DNA of 64,000 nt from an uncultured Gemmatimonadaceae bacterium (GTDB lineage: Bacteria; Gemmatimonadota; Gemmatimonadetes; Gemmatimonadales; Gemmatimonadaceae): NCBI GenBank assembly GCA_963790305.1, contig CAWBOC010000006.1, positions 224,001 to 288,000 of the forward strand, in the 5' to 3' direction. The notes under the pieces were generated by a model that was given only the letters and a program-made list of their open reading frames with translations, ran no database searches and was not told where the DNA came from. Position numbers and translations under genes: made by a program. Shown in pieces: positions 35,179 to 44,525 of the stretch (positions are counted from its first letter, which is position 1; each line of letters begins with the position of its first letter).

Positions 35179-35999
35179 GGACGCTCCGCCGTCGAGAGTG
35201 CCTCCCGCATGACGTCGCGCGGAGCAGCAATGCCAAACCACCACTCGAAGGCGAGCGCTCCCTGCTCGAGCAGCATGCACAGGCCATCGACGGCGGGGTG
35301 CTTGCGCGCGCGTGCCGCTCTCACCCACGCCGTCTCGCGCGGCCGATAGACGAGATCGAGCACCGTCGCCTGCGGACGAAGGCTCTCGATCGGGACCGGC
35401 AGCGGATCATCATCCCGTAGGCCGAGCGAGGTGGCGTTCACCACAACGGTGGCATCGCGGACGGCGTCGTGGGCCGTTGTCGTCACCGCCTCGACGATAG
35501 GGAAGCGCGCCTGGAGCGCCAAGGCACGCGCCCTCGTTCGGTTGAACAGCGACACAGTCGCCGCACTCCACCGCTCCAGGGCCGCGATCACCGCGGCCGC
35601 GGACCCGCCTGCACCGAGAACCGCGACGCGCGCTCCCGGGCGAAGTGCGCCCACCTCTCTGGCGAGGGCATCGAATCCACCCACGTCGGTGTTCGTCCCT
35701 TCGAGCAGGCCATCGCTGCCGACGCGGAACGTGTTCACGGCGTTGACGCGTTGTGCGATGACGTCGAGGCGCGCGCAGTAACGCACCATCGCTTCCTTGT
35801 GCGGGATCGTGACGTTGCCGGCAGCGCGGACCGCCACGAGGCGTTGGATCACGCCGTCGAGCGCGTCCGGGCGCACGTCGATCGCTGCGTAGGTGATTGG
35901 CAGTCCGGCGTACCGCAGCGCGGCGTTGTGCAACGCGGGGGACAACGAATGCGCTACCGGGTGTCCGACGAGCACGAGACGACCCGGCGCGCGGCTCAC
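35175..35999 (-). CDS. aroE: Shikimate dehydrogenase
   Basis: GHPVAHSLSP, NVTIPHK, AVNT, NTD, GAGGSA, DLVY. Confidence 0.95.
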   Translation of the reverse strand: MSRAPGRLVLVGHPVAHSLSPALHNAALRYAGLPITYAAIDVRPDALDGVIQRLVAVRAAGNVTIPHKEAMVRYCARLDVIAQRVNAVNTFRVGSDGLLEGTNTDVGGFDALAREVGALRPGARVAVLGAGGSAAAVIAALERWSAATVSLFNRTRARALALQARFPIVEAVTTTAHDAVRDATVVVNATSLGLRDDDPLPVPIESLRPQATVLDLVYRPRETAWVRAARARKHPAVDGLCMLLEQGALAFEWWFGIAAPRDVMREALSTAERP

Positions 36000-36478
36000 G
36001 ATCGTCCCGGTGTGCGCTCCGTCGCGATCCGCTCGATGGCGTGCTGCACTTCGCGATCGAGCTCATCGAACGCGGACCGGTAGTCGTCGAGATCGCCGCC
36101 GAACGGGTCGGTAATGGAGCGATCACTCCGCCCTCTCGACGCGTACGCCGAAAGCAGGTGTGTCTTGCCGGTGCCCCCGAGGGCCTCGATGCGCTCCACG
36201 TGGTGCGGGCCCATGGCGAGTATGAGGTCGCTGCCGCTCACGAGCTCGCGAGTGAGTAACCGGGCGCGGTGGGCTGAAAGATCGACCGACCGCTCCATGG
36301 CGACGAGTAATGCGCCGTCCGACGCGGGAGCGCCATCCCAGGCGGCGGTGCCCGCGCTTCCCACCGAGATCTCGGACAGATGGCGTTCCGCCGCGAATCG
36401 GCGCGCGAGCGCTTCCGCAATCGGGCTGCGGCAGGTGTTGCCGGTGCACACGAACAGCACGCGCATCGCCTCAGGCAT
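35996..36478 (-). CDS. Low-molecular-weight protein phosphatase (YwlE-like protein-arginine phosphatase)
   Basis: VCTGNTCRS P-loop, SAGT, ITDPFGG. Confidence 0.9.
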   Translation of the reverse strand: MPEAMRVLFVCTGNTCRSPIAEALARRFAAERHLSEISVGSAGTAAWDGAPASDGALLVAMERSVDLSAHRARLLTRELVSGSDLILAMGPHHVERIEALGGTGKTHLLSAYASRGRSDRSITDPFGGDLDDYRSAFDELDREVQHAIERIATERTPGRS

Positions 36479-37139
36479 CTCCAATCAGGTCGGGCACGCT
36501 CTCGCGCAATGTAGGTGCGGTGATAGCTCCGGGGCGGATCACTCGCGGGCGCGCGCCGGTGCAATCTACCACCGTGGACGGTGGTGAGGAGGAGAGGCGA
36601 CCACCGTCGAGCACGCGAAGCGTCCCGCGCGCCATGGCCTCTCCCCATTGCGCAACGATCTCGGACGCCGCCATGGCCGCCGGAGAGCCGGGCCGATTCG
36701 CGCTCGTCGATGTCACGGGGCGTCCATATCGCTGGATGAGGTGGGCCATGCCCGAGTGCGAGGTCCAGCGGACGGCCACGCCCCCCTCCGGCCCGCGCAG
36801 CCGGTCCGGCACGCGCCGCTCACCTCCGGGCAGCACCAGAGTCAGCGGCCCAGGCCAGTGTCGCGCGGCGAGGCGCGCCGCGTCACCGGTAAGGCGGAGG
36901 TCGAGCCGCGTCACCATGTCACTGGATGAGATGAGGATGAGAAATGGCTTGCCAGCGGGACGCCCCTTGAGCCTCACGAGGACGTCGACGGCATCATGGT
37001 CGACGGCGCCGCCGAACCCATACACCGTCTCCGTGGGGTATCCGAGGACGCCGCGGTTCTCGAGATGCGCGATCGTGTCGGACACGGCCGCGTCGATCTC
37101 CGCCTGCGACCAGAAGGGGGTCGCGCGCGGACCGGTCAC
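36471..37139 (-). CDS. tsaC: L-threonylcarbamoyladenylate synthase (TsaC/YrdC type)
   Basis: PTETVYG, KGR, WPGPLT, STSAN, STVVD; no Sua5 C-terminal domain. Confidence 0.92.
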   Translation of the reverse strand: MTGPRATPFWSQAEIDAAVSDTIAHLENRGVLGYPTETVYGFGGAVDHDAVDVLVRLKGRPAGKPFLILISSSDMVTRLDLRLTGDAARLAARHWPGPLTLVLPGGERRVPDRLRGPEGGVAVRWTSHSGMAHLIQRYGRPVTSTSANRPGSPAAMAASEIVAQWGEAMARGTLRVLDGGRLSSSPPSTVVDCTGARPRVIRPGAITAPTLRESVPDLIGDA

Positions 37140-37831
37140 TTTCCCACTCGGGCCATGGCCTCGACGAGCGCAAAATCGGCCTCCTCGGTCACTTTCACGG
37201 CGCGCTCGCTCCCTTGCACGACGACGACCTCGAACCCATGCACTTCACATAGCGCGGCGCAGTCCGTCGCAAACCGCCCGTTCCGCTGCGCGTGCGCGTA
37301 GGCCTCCTCGATCATCGCGCGGGGAAAGCCCTGTGGTGTTTGCGCGCGCCAGAGCGTTTCGCGCGGAACCGTTCGCACGATGCGTCCGTGCGCGTCGGCC
37401 TCTTTCAGCGTATCCGTCACCGGCAGAGCCGCCACCGCACCGCGGCCCGCGCGCGCCTCGGCGATTACACGGTCGACGACCTCCATCCCCACCATCGGGC
37501 GCGCCGCATCGTGAACGACGACGATGCGCACCTCATCCGGCAGGTCCTCGAGCCCGCGCAACACCGACTCCCCACGCTCGCGTCCGCCCACCGAGACCAG
37601 CAGGCGTTCGATGTCGCTTTGAAAGATCCACGGCGGCGGGTCGGCGGCATACTGCCGCGGCAGTACGCACACCACCATCGCGACATCGCTCCGCTCGTGA
37701 AAGAGCTGGAGCGAATGCAAGAGCATCGGCTTCCCCGCGATCCATCGAAACTGCTTCAACTCGGTGCCGCCCAGCCGCGAGGACGTCCCCGCCGCAACGA
37801 GGACGACCCCGACGTCGGCAGTGGAGGTCAT
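37136..37831 (-). CDS. ispD: 2-C-methyl-D-erythritol 4-phosphate cytidylyltransferase
   Basis: AAG..R...KQF, VHDAARP, DTLK, AQTPQGF, KVT. Confidence 0.95.
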   Translation of the reverse strand: MTSTADVGVVLVAAGTSSRLGGTELKQFRWIAGKPMLLHSLQLFHERSDVAMVVCVLPRQYAADPPPWIFQSDIERLLVSVGGRERGESVLRGLEDLPDEVRIVVVHDAARPMVGMEVVDRVIAEARAGRGAVAALPVTDTLKEADAHGRIVRTVPRETLWRAQTPQGFPRAMIEEAYAHAQRNGRFATDCAALCEVHGFEVVVVQGSERAVKVTEEADFALVEAMARVGK

Positions 37832-39225
37832 CGCTCGAAAAGATGACGAAAGACATCGCTGATCGTGCGCACGCCGATCGCGTTCACATCCCGCAACCGC
37901 TTCGGCACGCCACGCTCGGCGAGGTACACCGTCGTCAAGCCCATTTTCGCCCCTTCGGCGAGGCGTCGCTCGGACTGTGAGACGGGGCGGATCTCCCCTC
38001 CCAATCCGACTTCGCCCAGAAACAGCGCGTGTGCGGGAAGCGCGCGATCGTACACGCTCGACGCCAGCGCCGCGGCGACGGCGAGGTCGCCAGCCGGCTC
38101 GTGCAGCCTAACGCCGCCGACGACGTTGACGAACACGTCGAGCTGCGCGAAGGGCAGCCCGGCGCGCTTGTCGAGCACGGCCAGCAGCAGCGCGAGGCGC
38201 CGGCTGTCGAATCCGGTCGATACCCGCTGCGGCGTTCCGAATCCCGCCTTCGCGGCGAGCGCCTGGATTTCGACGAGGAGTGGGCGCGTCCCTTCCATGA
38301 GCGCGGTCACCGCGCTTCCGGACGCAACGTGGTCCCGGTCCCCAAGAAACAGCTCGGAGGGATTCTCGATCGGGATGAGACCGGCTTCCGTCATGCGGAA
38401 GACGCCGATCTCGTCCACGCCGCCGAAGCGGTTCTTTGTTGCCCGCAACACGCGATGGTCGAGCGAGCCTTCTCCCTCGAAGTAGAGCACCGTGTCGACG
38501 ATGTGCTCGAGAGTCTTCGGTCCGGCGATGCCGCCGCCCTTGGTCACGTGGCCGACGACGAAGACGGCGGTCCCGCTCTCTTTTGCGAAGCGCATGAGCC
38601 GCGCGGCGCACTCGCGCACCTGGCCTACATTTCCCGGCGCGCCCTCGAGGTCGGCGGTGAAGATGGTCTGGATCGAGTCGACGATCATCACCGCCGGCTC
38701 CATTCCGGCGGCAGTCGCGAGCACCGTCTCGAGCAACGTCTCGGTGAGCAGCTCGACGTCCGCTGCCAGGTGGCCAAGGCGATCGGCGCGGAGCTTCACC
38801 TGGAGCGGCGATTCCTCGCCGGAGACATAGAGCACGCGCTGCCCGCTGGCCTGCACGGCGCCCGCGACCTGCAGCAGCAGCGTCGACTTTCCGATTCCCG
38901 GCTCGCCCCCGATGAGAATCATCGATCCGGGAACGATGCCGCCGCCGAGGACGAAATCGAACTCGTTGATGGCGGTGCGGAGACGGCGTTCCTCGGAGCC
39001 TCGCACGTCGCGGAGCCTGGCCGTCGCGACCACGCTCCCCCCGACGCCTAACGCCGCCGCTCCCGCCTGCCGTCGCGCAGCCCCAGCCTTCCCCGCCGGA
39101 AGTCGCGCCGCCGCTTCCTCGACGAGGGTGTTCCACTCACCGCACACGTCACACCGCCCGGCCCATTTCGGGTGCTCGGCGCCGCATTCCGTGCAGCGGT
39201 AGACCGTTTTGACCTTCGCACTCAC
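37828..39225 (-). CDS. radA: DNA repair protein RadA/Sms
   Basis: CxxC zinc finger, GEPGIGKSTL, KNRFG, Lon-like C-terminus. Confidence 0.97.
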   Translation of the reverse strand: MSAKVKTVYRCTECGAEHPKWAGRCDVCGEWNTLVEEAAARLPAGKAGAARRQAGAAALGVGGSVVATARLRDVRGSEERRLRTAINEFDFVLGGGIVPGSMILIGGEPGIGKSTLLLQVAGAVQASGQRVLYVSGEESPLQVKLRADRLGHLAADVELLTETLLETVLATAAGMEPAVMIVDSIQTIFTADLEGAPGNVGQVRECAARLMRFAKESGTAVFVVGHVTKGGGIAGPKTLEHIVDTVLYFEGEGSLDHRVLRATKNRFGGVDEIGVFRMTEAGLIPIENPSELFLGDRDHVASGSAVTALMEGTRPLLVEIQALAAKAGFGTPQRVSTGFDSRRLALLLAVLDKRAGLPFAQLDVFVNVVGGVRLHEPAGDLAVAAALASSVYDRALPAHALFLGEVGLGGEIRPVSQSERRLAEGAKMGLTTVYLAERGVPKRLRDVNAIGVRTISDVFRHLFER

Positions 39226-40616
39226 TGGGCTTGTGCGCGCGCGCTGTAGTTCTCGAAGCGAGTGTACGCCTTATGAAAGAACAGGTTCACGATCCCGGTG
39301 GGCCCGTTGCGCTGCTTGCCGACGATCACCTCGGCGCGTCCCTCGAGCGAGTTGCCGTCCTTGTCGGTGGGGCCCTCGTACATCTCCTGCCGGTAGATGA
39401 ACATCACGAGATCGGCGTCCTGCTCGATGGCGCCCGATTCGCGCAGGTCCGAGAGCTGCGGGCGCTTGTCCGTGCGCTGTTCCGTCGCACGCGAGAGCTG
39501 CGACAGCGCGACAACGGGCACGGCCAGCTCCTTGGCCAGTGCCTTGAGCGATCGAGAGATCTGGCTGATCTCCTGCGTGCGATTCTCGGCGTCTGACGTG
39601 CTCTGAATGAGCTGCAGATAGTCGACGACGACGAGCCCGATGTTCGCATCGGCGCGAAGCCTGCGCGCCGCAGACCGCATCTCGAGCAGCGTGATGCCGG
39701 GGCTGTCGTCGATGAAGATGGGCGCCTGCGCGAGAATGCCGGCCGCGCGGGCAAGGCGCGGGAAATCATCGTCGCGGAGCATTCCCTTGCGAAGCTTCTG
39801 CGCGTCGACGCGCGCCTCCCCCGTGAGCATGCGCTGCACGAGAGACTCCTTACTCATCTCCAGCGAGAAGAGCGCAACCGGAACGTTGTGCTCGATAGCC
39901 GCGTGTTGCGCGATGTTCAGGATGAAGGCGGTCTTCCCCATCGAGGGACGGGCGGCGACGACAATCAGGTCGGACGGCTGGAACCCCGACGTCAGCTCAT
40001 CGAGATCGTTGAACCCGCTCGGCACGCCGGTGATCGATTTGCCACCGCGCTGGAGGGCCTCGATGCGCTCCATCGTCGGCCACAGGAGCTCCTTGATGCG
40101 CGTGAATCCTTCGCGCCCACGCTGCTGGCTGATCTCGAAGATTCGCGATTCGGCATGATCGAGCAGCTCGCCCGCCGTCTGTCGAGCATCGAAGGCCTCG
40201 GCGACGATCTCCGTGGAGGCCTCGATGAGGCGACGCAGCAGTGCCTTTTCGCGAACGATCTTGGCGTGATACTCGACGTTCGCCGCCGTCGGAACCGCGT
40301 CGACGAGGAATCCGACGTAGTCCTTTCCGCCGCTCGCGTCGAGCTCCCCGCGCCGTTGCAACTCATCGGACAGCGTGAGCGGATCGACGACGTCGCCACG
40401 CTCGGAGATCGCGACCATCGCGCGAAAGATGCGCCGGTGCCCCTCGCGATAGAACATCGTGTCGTCCACGTGCTCGGTCGCGCGCAGGATGGCATCCTGA
40501 TCGATGAGCATGGCCGCGAGCACCGCTTGCTCGGCATCCTCCGACCAGGGAGGACGCCGATCGCGGTACGCGTCACGCGGCGATTGAATCGAGTATTCGA
40601 CGGACGAGCTTGACAT
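39222..40616 (-). CDS. dnaB: Replicative DNA helicase
   Basis: AEQAVL, AARPSMGKT, DYLQL, LSDLRESGAIEQDAD, KQRNGP. Confidence 0.98.
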   Translation of the reverse strand: MSSSSVEYSIQSPRDAYRDRRPPWSEDAEQAVLAAMLIDQDAILRATEHVDDTMFYREGHRRIFRAMVAISERGDVVDPLTLSDELQRRGELDASGGKDYVGFLVDAVPTAANVEYHAKIVREKALLRRLIEASTEIVAEAFDARQTAGELLDHAESRIFEISQQRGREGFTRIKELLWPTMERIEALQRGGKSITGVPSGFNDLDELTSGFQPSDLIVVAARPSMGKTAFILNIAQHAAIEHNVPVALFSLEMSKESLVQRMLTGEARVDAQKLRKGMLRDDDFPRLARAAGILAQAPIFIDDSPGITLLEMRSAARRLRADANIGLVVVDYLQLIQSTSDAENRTQEISQISRSLKALAKELAVPVVALSQLSRATEQRTDKRPQLSDLRESGAIEQDADLVMFIYRQEMYEGPTDKDGNSLEGRAEVIVGKQRNGPTGIVNLFFHKAYTRFENYSARAQAQ

Positions 40617-41551
40617 CTTCCCAGGTGGGCTTCTTCCAGCCAGGGTTGCGTAAGAGGGCCGCCGGATGGTAGGTGGCGATGAGGGGCGTGCCGTGAAACC
40701 AGTGCAACGCGCCGCGCAGCTTGCCGATCGCGACTTTCGTGTCGAGCAGCGTCTGTGCGGCGAACGTCCCGAGGGCGAGGATGACCTTGGGACGGATCAG
40801 CTCCACCTGCCGCAACAGGTAGGGACTGCACGCGGTGATCTCGTCGGGGGTCGGGTTTCGATTCCCCGGCGGGCGGTGCTTCATCACGTTCGCGATGAAG
40901 ACCTCCTCCCGGCTCAAGTTAATGGCCCGGAGGATATCCGTCAGGAGTTTGCCGGCTTGACCGACGAAGGGACGTCCCGTCTCGTCCTCGGTGGCTCCTG
41001 GCGCTTCACCGATGCACATGAGCTCGGCCGTCGGACTTCCCTCTCCGGGCACCGGATTGATTGCCGTCGCGTACAGCGGGCAACGCGTACATGTCCGGAC
41101 CATCCCGGCGATATCGTCGAGGGTTGACGCACGTCCAATCGGTCCGCCAAAGAGCTCGGCCTCTCCACCGCCGACGACGAGACCCGCCGGGGCGAGGGTC
41201 GAGAGTTTTCTCGAGGGCGCTAGAGGCGCTAGAGGCGCTAGAGGCGCTAGAGGCGCTGGAGGCGCTGGAGGCGCTGGAGGCGCTGGACGCTGGCGGTCGA
41301 CGGGGCGCATCCGCTGGCGGCACGCGCCCAAGTGGAGCCGCGACGCCCGCGTCGACATCGAGGAGAGCTCTTCGCCAATCGCCCGGCGGTGACGACGGCG
41401 GCTCCCGGGGCACCCGCGCCGGCCCGCGCTTGCCCTGTGCGCCGACGATCCTCAGCACCTCGTCCACGGTGAGCTTGTCGAGCACCAGCTCGGACTCACC
41501 CATTTCCCGACGCTGCTCGAGATAGCGCCGAAACAGCTCCTCAACGTTCAC
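40573..41551 (-). CDS. Uracil-DNA glycosylase family 4 (net +1 frameshift in the low-complexity linker ~41190-41340)
   Basis: CTRCPL, GEAPG..ED.TGRPFVG, KHRPPGNR, TYHPAALLR. The N-terminus (VNVEELFRRYLEQRREMGESE) lies in the adjacent frame, starting at a GTG overlapping the end of coaBC. Confidence 0.9.
41216..41287. repeat. Tandem 9-bp repeat x8 inside the UDG gene
   Basis: (GGCGCTAGA)4(GGCGCTGGA)4. Confidence 0.97.
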
Positions 41552-42746
41552 GCAGCAGCGCCTCCACACGGTCGAGTATTGCGTCCGCGACGTCCGTCTT
41601 CGGCATGAGACCCAGTGGCTCGGTTCGGCCGTCGCGATGCACGATCGTCACGCGGTTCGTATCGACCGCGAACCCGGCGCCCGCCTCGGTGGAATCGTTC
41701 ACGACCACCAGATCGAGATCCTTTGCCGCCAGCTTCTCGCGACCGCCGGAGAGCGCATCTCCCGTTTCGAGCGCAAACCCGACGACCACGGCGCGGGACG
41801 GCCGCGCATCGCGAGTGGTCTTTAGAATGTCGGGGGTGGGCGTGAGCGCGATCGCGTCGGGCTTGTCCTTCTTCTTGATCTTCTTCGCCGCCGGCTCAGC
41901 CGCCGCAAAGTCCGCTGGGGCGGCCGCCATGACGAGTGCGTCCGCCTGCGGGAGCGCCGCCCGCACCGCGGTCGCCATCTCCTGCGTCGTTTCCACTGTC
42001 GTCACATCGATTCCAGCGGGAACAGGAACCTCGAGCGGGCCGGCCACGAGCGCCACATCGGCCCCGCGGCGCCACGCCGCCGCCGCGATGGCGACGCCCA
42101 TCTTTCCCGTGCTGCGATTGGAAAGAAAGCGCACCGGATCCACGGGCTCGCGCGTTGGACCAGCGGTGACGAGCACTCGCCGTCCCCGAAATGCGCCATT
42201 CGTCTCGAGCAGACGTCCCACGTAGGCGAGAATCGTCTCGGGCTCAGGCATTCGACCGGGACCGCTTCCCTCCCCCGCTGCGAGCGGCCCCTCGTCAGGC
42301 TCGATGACGCTGTGACCGAGTTCGCGCAGGTGACGCACGTTTTGCTGCGTCTGCCGGTTGGCCCACATGCGATCGTTCATGGCCGGCACGAGAAGCACGG
42401 GTGCCTCGGTCGCGAGCAGACATGCGGTGAGGAGGTCGTCGGCGAAGCCATGAGCGACGCGGGCGAGAAAGTCGGCCGTCGCCGGCGCCACGACGATCGC
42501 GTGGGCCGCCTTGGCGAGCGCGATGTGATCCAGCGCCCGTCCCGCCTCGAAGAGGTCGGTGTGTACCGGCCGACCCGTCAACGCCTCGAACGTCACCGGG
42601 CCGACGAACTCCGTCGCGGCGCGCGTCATCACCACATCGACCTCCGCGCCGGCCGCCGTCAACAAACGCGCGAGCCACCCCGTCTTGTAGCTCGCGATTC
42701 CCCCCGTGACGCCGAGGACGATTCGACGGCCGGCGTAGGGGCGCAT
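41541..42746 (-). CDS. coaBC: Phosphopantothenoylcysteine decarboxylase/ligase
   Basis: GVTGGIASYK, PAMNDRM, TAGPTREPVDPVRFLSNRSTGKMG, GFALET. Confidence 0.97.
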   Translation of the reverse strand: MRPYAGRRIVLGVTGGIASYKTGWLARLLTAAGAEVDVVMTRAATEFVGPVTFEALTGRPVHTDLFEAGRALDHIALAKAAHAIVVAPATADFLARVAHGFADDLLTACLLATEAPVLLVPAMNDRMWANRQTQQNVRHLRELGHSVIEPDEGPLAAGEGSGPGRMPEPETILAYVGRLLETNGAFRGRRVLVTAGPTREPVDPVRFLSNRSTGKMGVAIAAAAWRRGADVALVAGPLEVPVPAGIDVTTVETTQEMATAVRAALPQADALVMAAAPADFAAAEPAAKKIKKKDKPDAIALTPTPDILKTTRDARPSRAVVVGFALETGDALSGGREKLAAKDLDLVVVNDSTEAGAGFAVDTNRVTIVHRDGRTEPLGLMPKTDVADAILDRVEALLRER

Positions 42747-42753
42747 GCGCTGA

Positions 42754-42963
42754 TTACTGGCCGCGACGCCGCGGAAGCACGCGATACTCGATGGCGCCGT
42801 CGGTGAGCTCCTCGAGAGAGCGCGTCGTCAGCTTCTTCTCCCCCGGCCGCGAACGATCCCGCGGAAACTCGTTGATGATGCGTGCATACTTCGCGGCCAC
42901 GAGCACGCCGAGGTACTTGTTGGCCGCGTGCTGCGCGACTTCTACTGGTGTAAAAACCTGCAT
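42754..42963 (-). CDS. rpoZ: RNA polymerase omega subunit
   Basis: 69 aa, NKY..V.VAAK.AR; gmk-rpoZ-coaBC synteny. Confidence 0.85.
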   Translation of the reverse strand: MQVFTPVEVAQHAANKYLGVLVAAKYARIINEFPRDRSRPGEKKLTTRSLEELTDGAIEYRVLPRRRGQ

Positions 42964-42967
42964 GGGA

Positions 42968-43612
42968 TCACCCGGTTGAATTGTTGTCGACTTCCCGCTG
43001 CAATCGCTCCGTCAGAGACCGAACCTGCTCCTCCAGATTGTGCACCCGTTCGCGGCGGCTCGTCTCGGCGTCGATCACTGCCGATACCCGCGCCACCGCG
43101 CGGTCCAGATCATCGTTCACGACCACGTAATGATAGTCTCCCGCGTGCCGCAGCTCGTCCAGCGCGCTCATCATGCGCCGCGCCAGCGACGCCCGATCCT
43201 CGGTCTTTCTCGCCTTGAGCCGCTCGAGCAGTACGTCCGCTGACGGCGGAAGAACGAACACGAGGACCGCGTGCGGATACGTCCGCGCCAACTGCGCCGC
43301 CCCCTGCACGTCGATGTCCATGATGACGTGCTTCCCGCCCGCGAGCACCCGCCCAATCTCGCTTCGCAACGTTCCGTACCAGTGTCCGTGCACCTCCGCG
43401 GACTCGGCGAACTCCCCTCGCTTCCGTCGCTCCCGAAATTCCTCCGCCGTGAGAAAGAAGTAGTCGCGCCCAGGCACTTCTCCGTCACGCGGCTGCCGCG
43501 TCGTGCATGAGATCGAGTATCCGACATCCGACCGTCGCTCCAGCAGCCGGCGCGCGATCGTGGTCTTTCCGCCTCCTGATGGCGCCGACAGGATGAGCGG
43601 AAACGGATTCAC
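42968..43612 (-). CDS. gmk: Guanylate kinase
   Basis: SAPSGGGKTT, SCTTRQPR.GE..GRDY, YGT, DIDVQGA. Confidence 0.97.
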   Translation of the reverse strand: MNPFPLILSAPSGGGKTTIARRLLERRSDVGYSISCTTRQPRDGEVPGRDYFFLTAEEFRERRKRGEFAESAEVHGHWYGTLRSEIGRVLAGGKHVIMDIDVQGAAQLARTYPHAVLVFVLPPSADVLLERLKARKTEDRASLARRMMSALDELRHAGDYHYVVVNDDLDRAVARVSAVIDAETSRRERVHNLEEQVRSLTERLQREVDNNSTG

Positions 43613-44484
43613 TCGAGATTCTCGACCTGCTCGGCGATTCGCTCCAGCTCCTCCTTCACGGCGACGACGTCGTGCGTCATGGCGACATCGCGCGCCTTGC
43701 TCCCGGTCGTGTTCGCTTCCCGAACCATCTCCTGCAGCAAGAATGCGAGCCGCTTCCCGACCGGATCCGCACCACCGCGGTGCAGGGTATCGCGAAAGGC
43801 CGTGATGTGCGAGCGAAAACGATCGATCTCCTCCGCCACATCGAGCCGATCGGCGAGCAAGGCAATCTCCTGCGCCAGGCGCTGCTCGTCGATCGTGGTG
43901 CTTCCCGTGAGCTCGGTAACCGCCGCACGCAACCGCTCCCGCTCAGCGACGATCCGCTCTGGCGCGCGCGCCGCGATCCGTTCGAGCGCCTGCTCCACCA
44001 CCGCGATGCGCTCGGCGAGCACTGTCCCCATCCGCTGCCCCTCCGACTCGCGCATCGCCATCAATGCTGCAATGGCCTGCCTAACCAGCTCAACGAGCTC
44101 CTCCGCGGTGCCACCAATCTCGGCCGAGCGCTCGCTGGCGATGACGCTCGGCATCCGCAGCACCGTCGAGAGGCTCACCGGATCCTCCAATCCATGCTCG
44201 CGCTTCAGTCGACGCAGGGTCTCCAGCGCGTCCGCGAATCGACGCTCGTCCACCGCGCTGTCCCCAGCTGCCTCACGCTCGATCCGGGCAATGAGGGTGA
44301 CGTGTCCTCTGGCGATCGCGCGCCGGAGTGCTTCACGCACCTCTCCTTCCCACCGCGATAGCTCGGAGGGGAGCTTCAGGCTTGGATTGAAAAAGCGATG
44401 GTTGACGGTTCGAAGCTCGACACTCACTCGTGCAGCTCCCACCAGTCCCGCGGCGGCGCCGAACCCCGTCATGCTTCGGATCAT
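43609..44484 (-). CDS. yicC: YicC/YloC family endoribonuclease
   Basis: MIRSMTGFG, VNHRF, EEIDR, GKRL.FL.QE..RE.NT.GSK, EQVENLE. Confidence 0.95.
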   Translation of the reverse strand: MIRSMTGFGAAAGLVGAARVSVELRTVNHRFFNPSLKLPSELSRWEGEVREALRRAIARGHVTLIARIEREAAGDSAVDERRFADALETLRRLKREHGLEDPVSLSTVLRMPSVIASERSAEIGGTAEELVELVRQAIAALMAMRESEGQRMGTVLAERIAVVEQALERIAARAPERIVAERERLRAAVTELTGSTTIDEQRLAQEIALLADRLDVAEEIDRFRSHITAFRDTLHRGGADPVGKRLAFLLQEMVREANTTGSKARDVAMTHDVVAVKEELERIAEQVENLE

Positions 44485-44496
44485 GGCAAGTCGTGC

Positions 44497-44525
44497 AAGT
44501 TACGGTGCTGCAACGACCTTGTCAA
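44497..44525 (-). promoter_or_regulatory. sigma70 promoter for the yicC...comF gene string
   Basis: TTGACA-N17-TAACTT, ending 12 bp before the yicC ATG. Confidence 0.7.

Noticed and set aside
39222..40616. Intein in DnaB or RadA
   Set aside because: Both have normal lengths and contiguous motifs.
41216..41287. Tandem and heptamer/nonamer repeats as a CRISPR array
   Set aside because: No repeat-spacer alternation and no cas genes.
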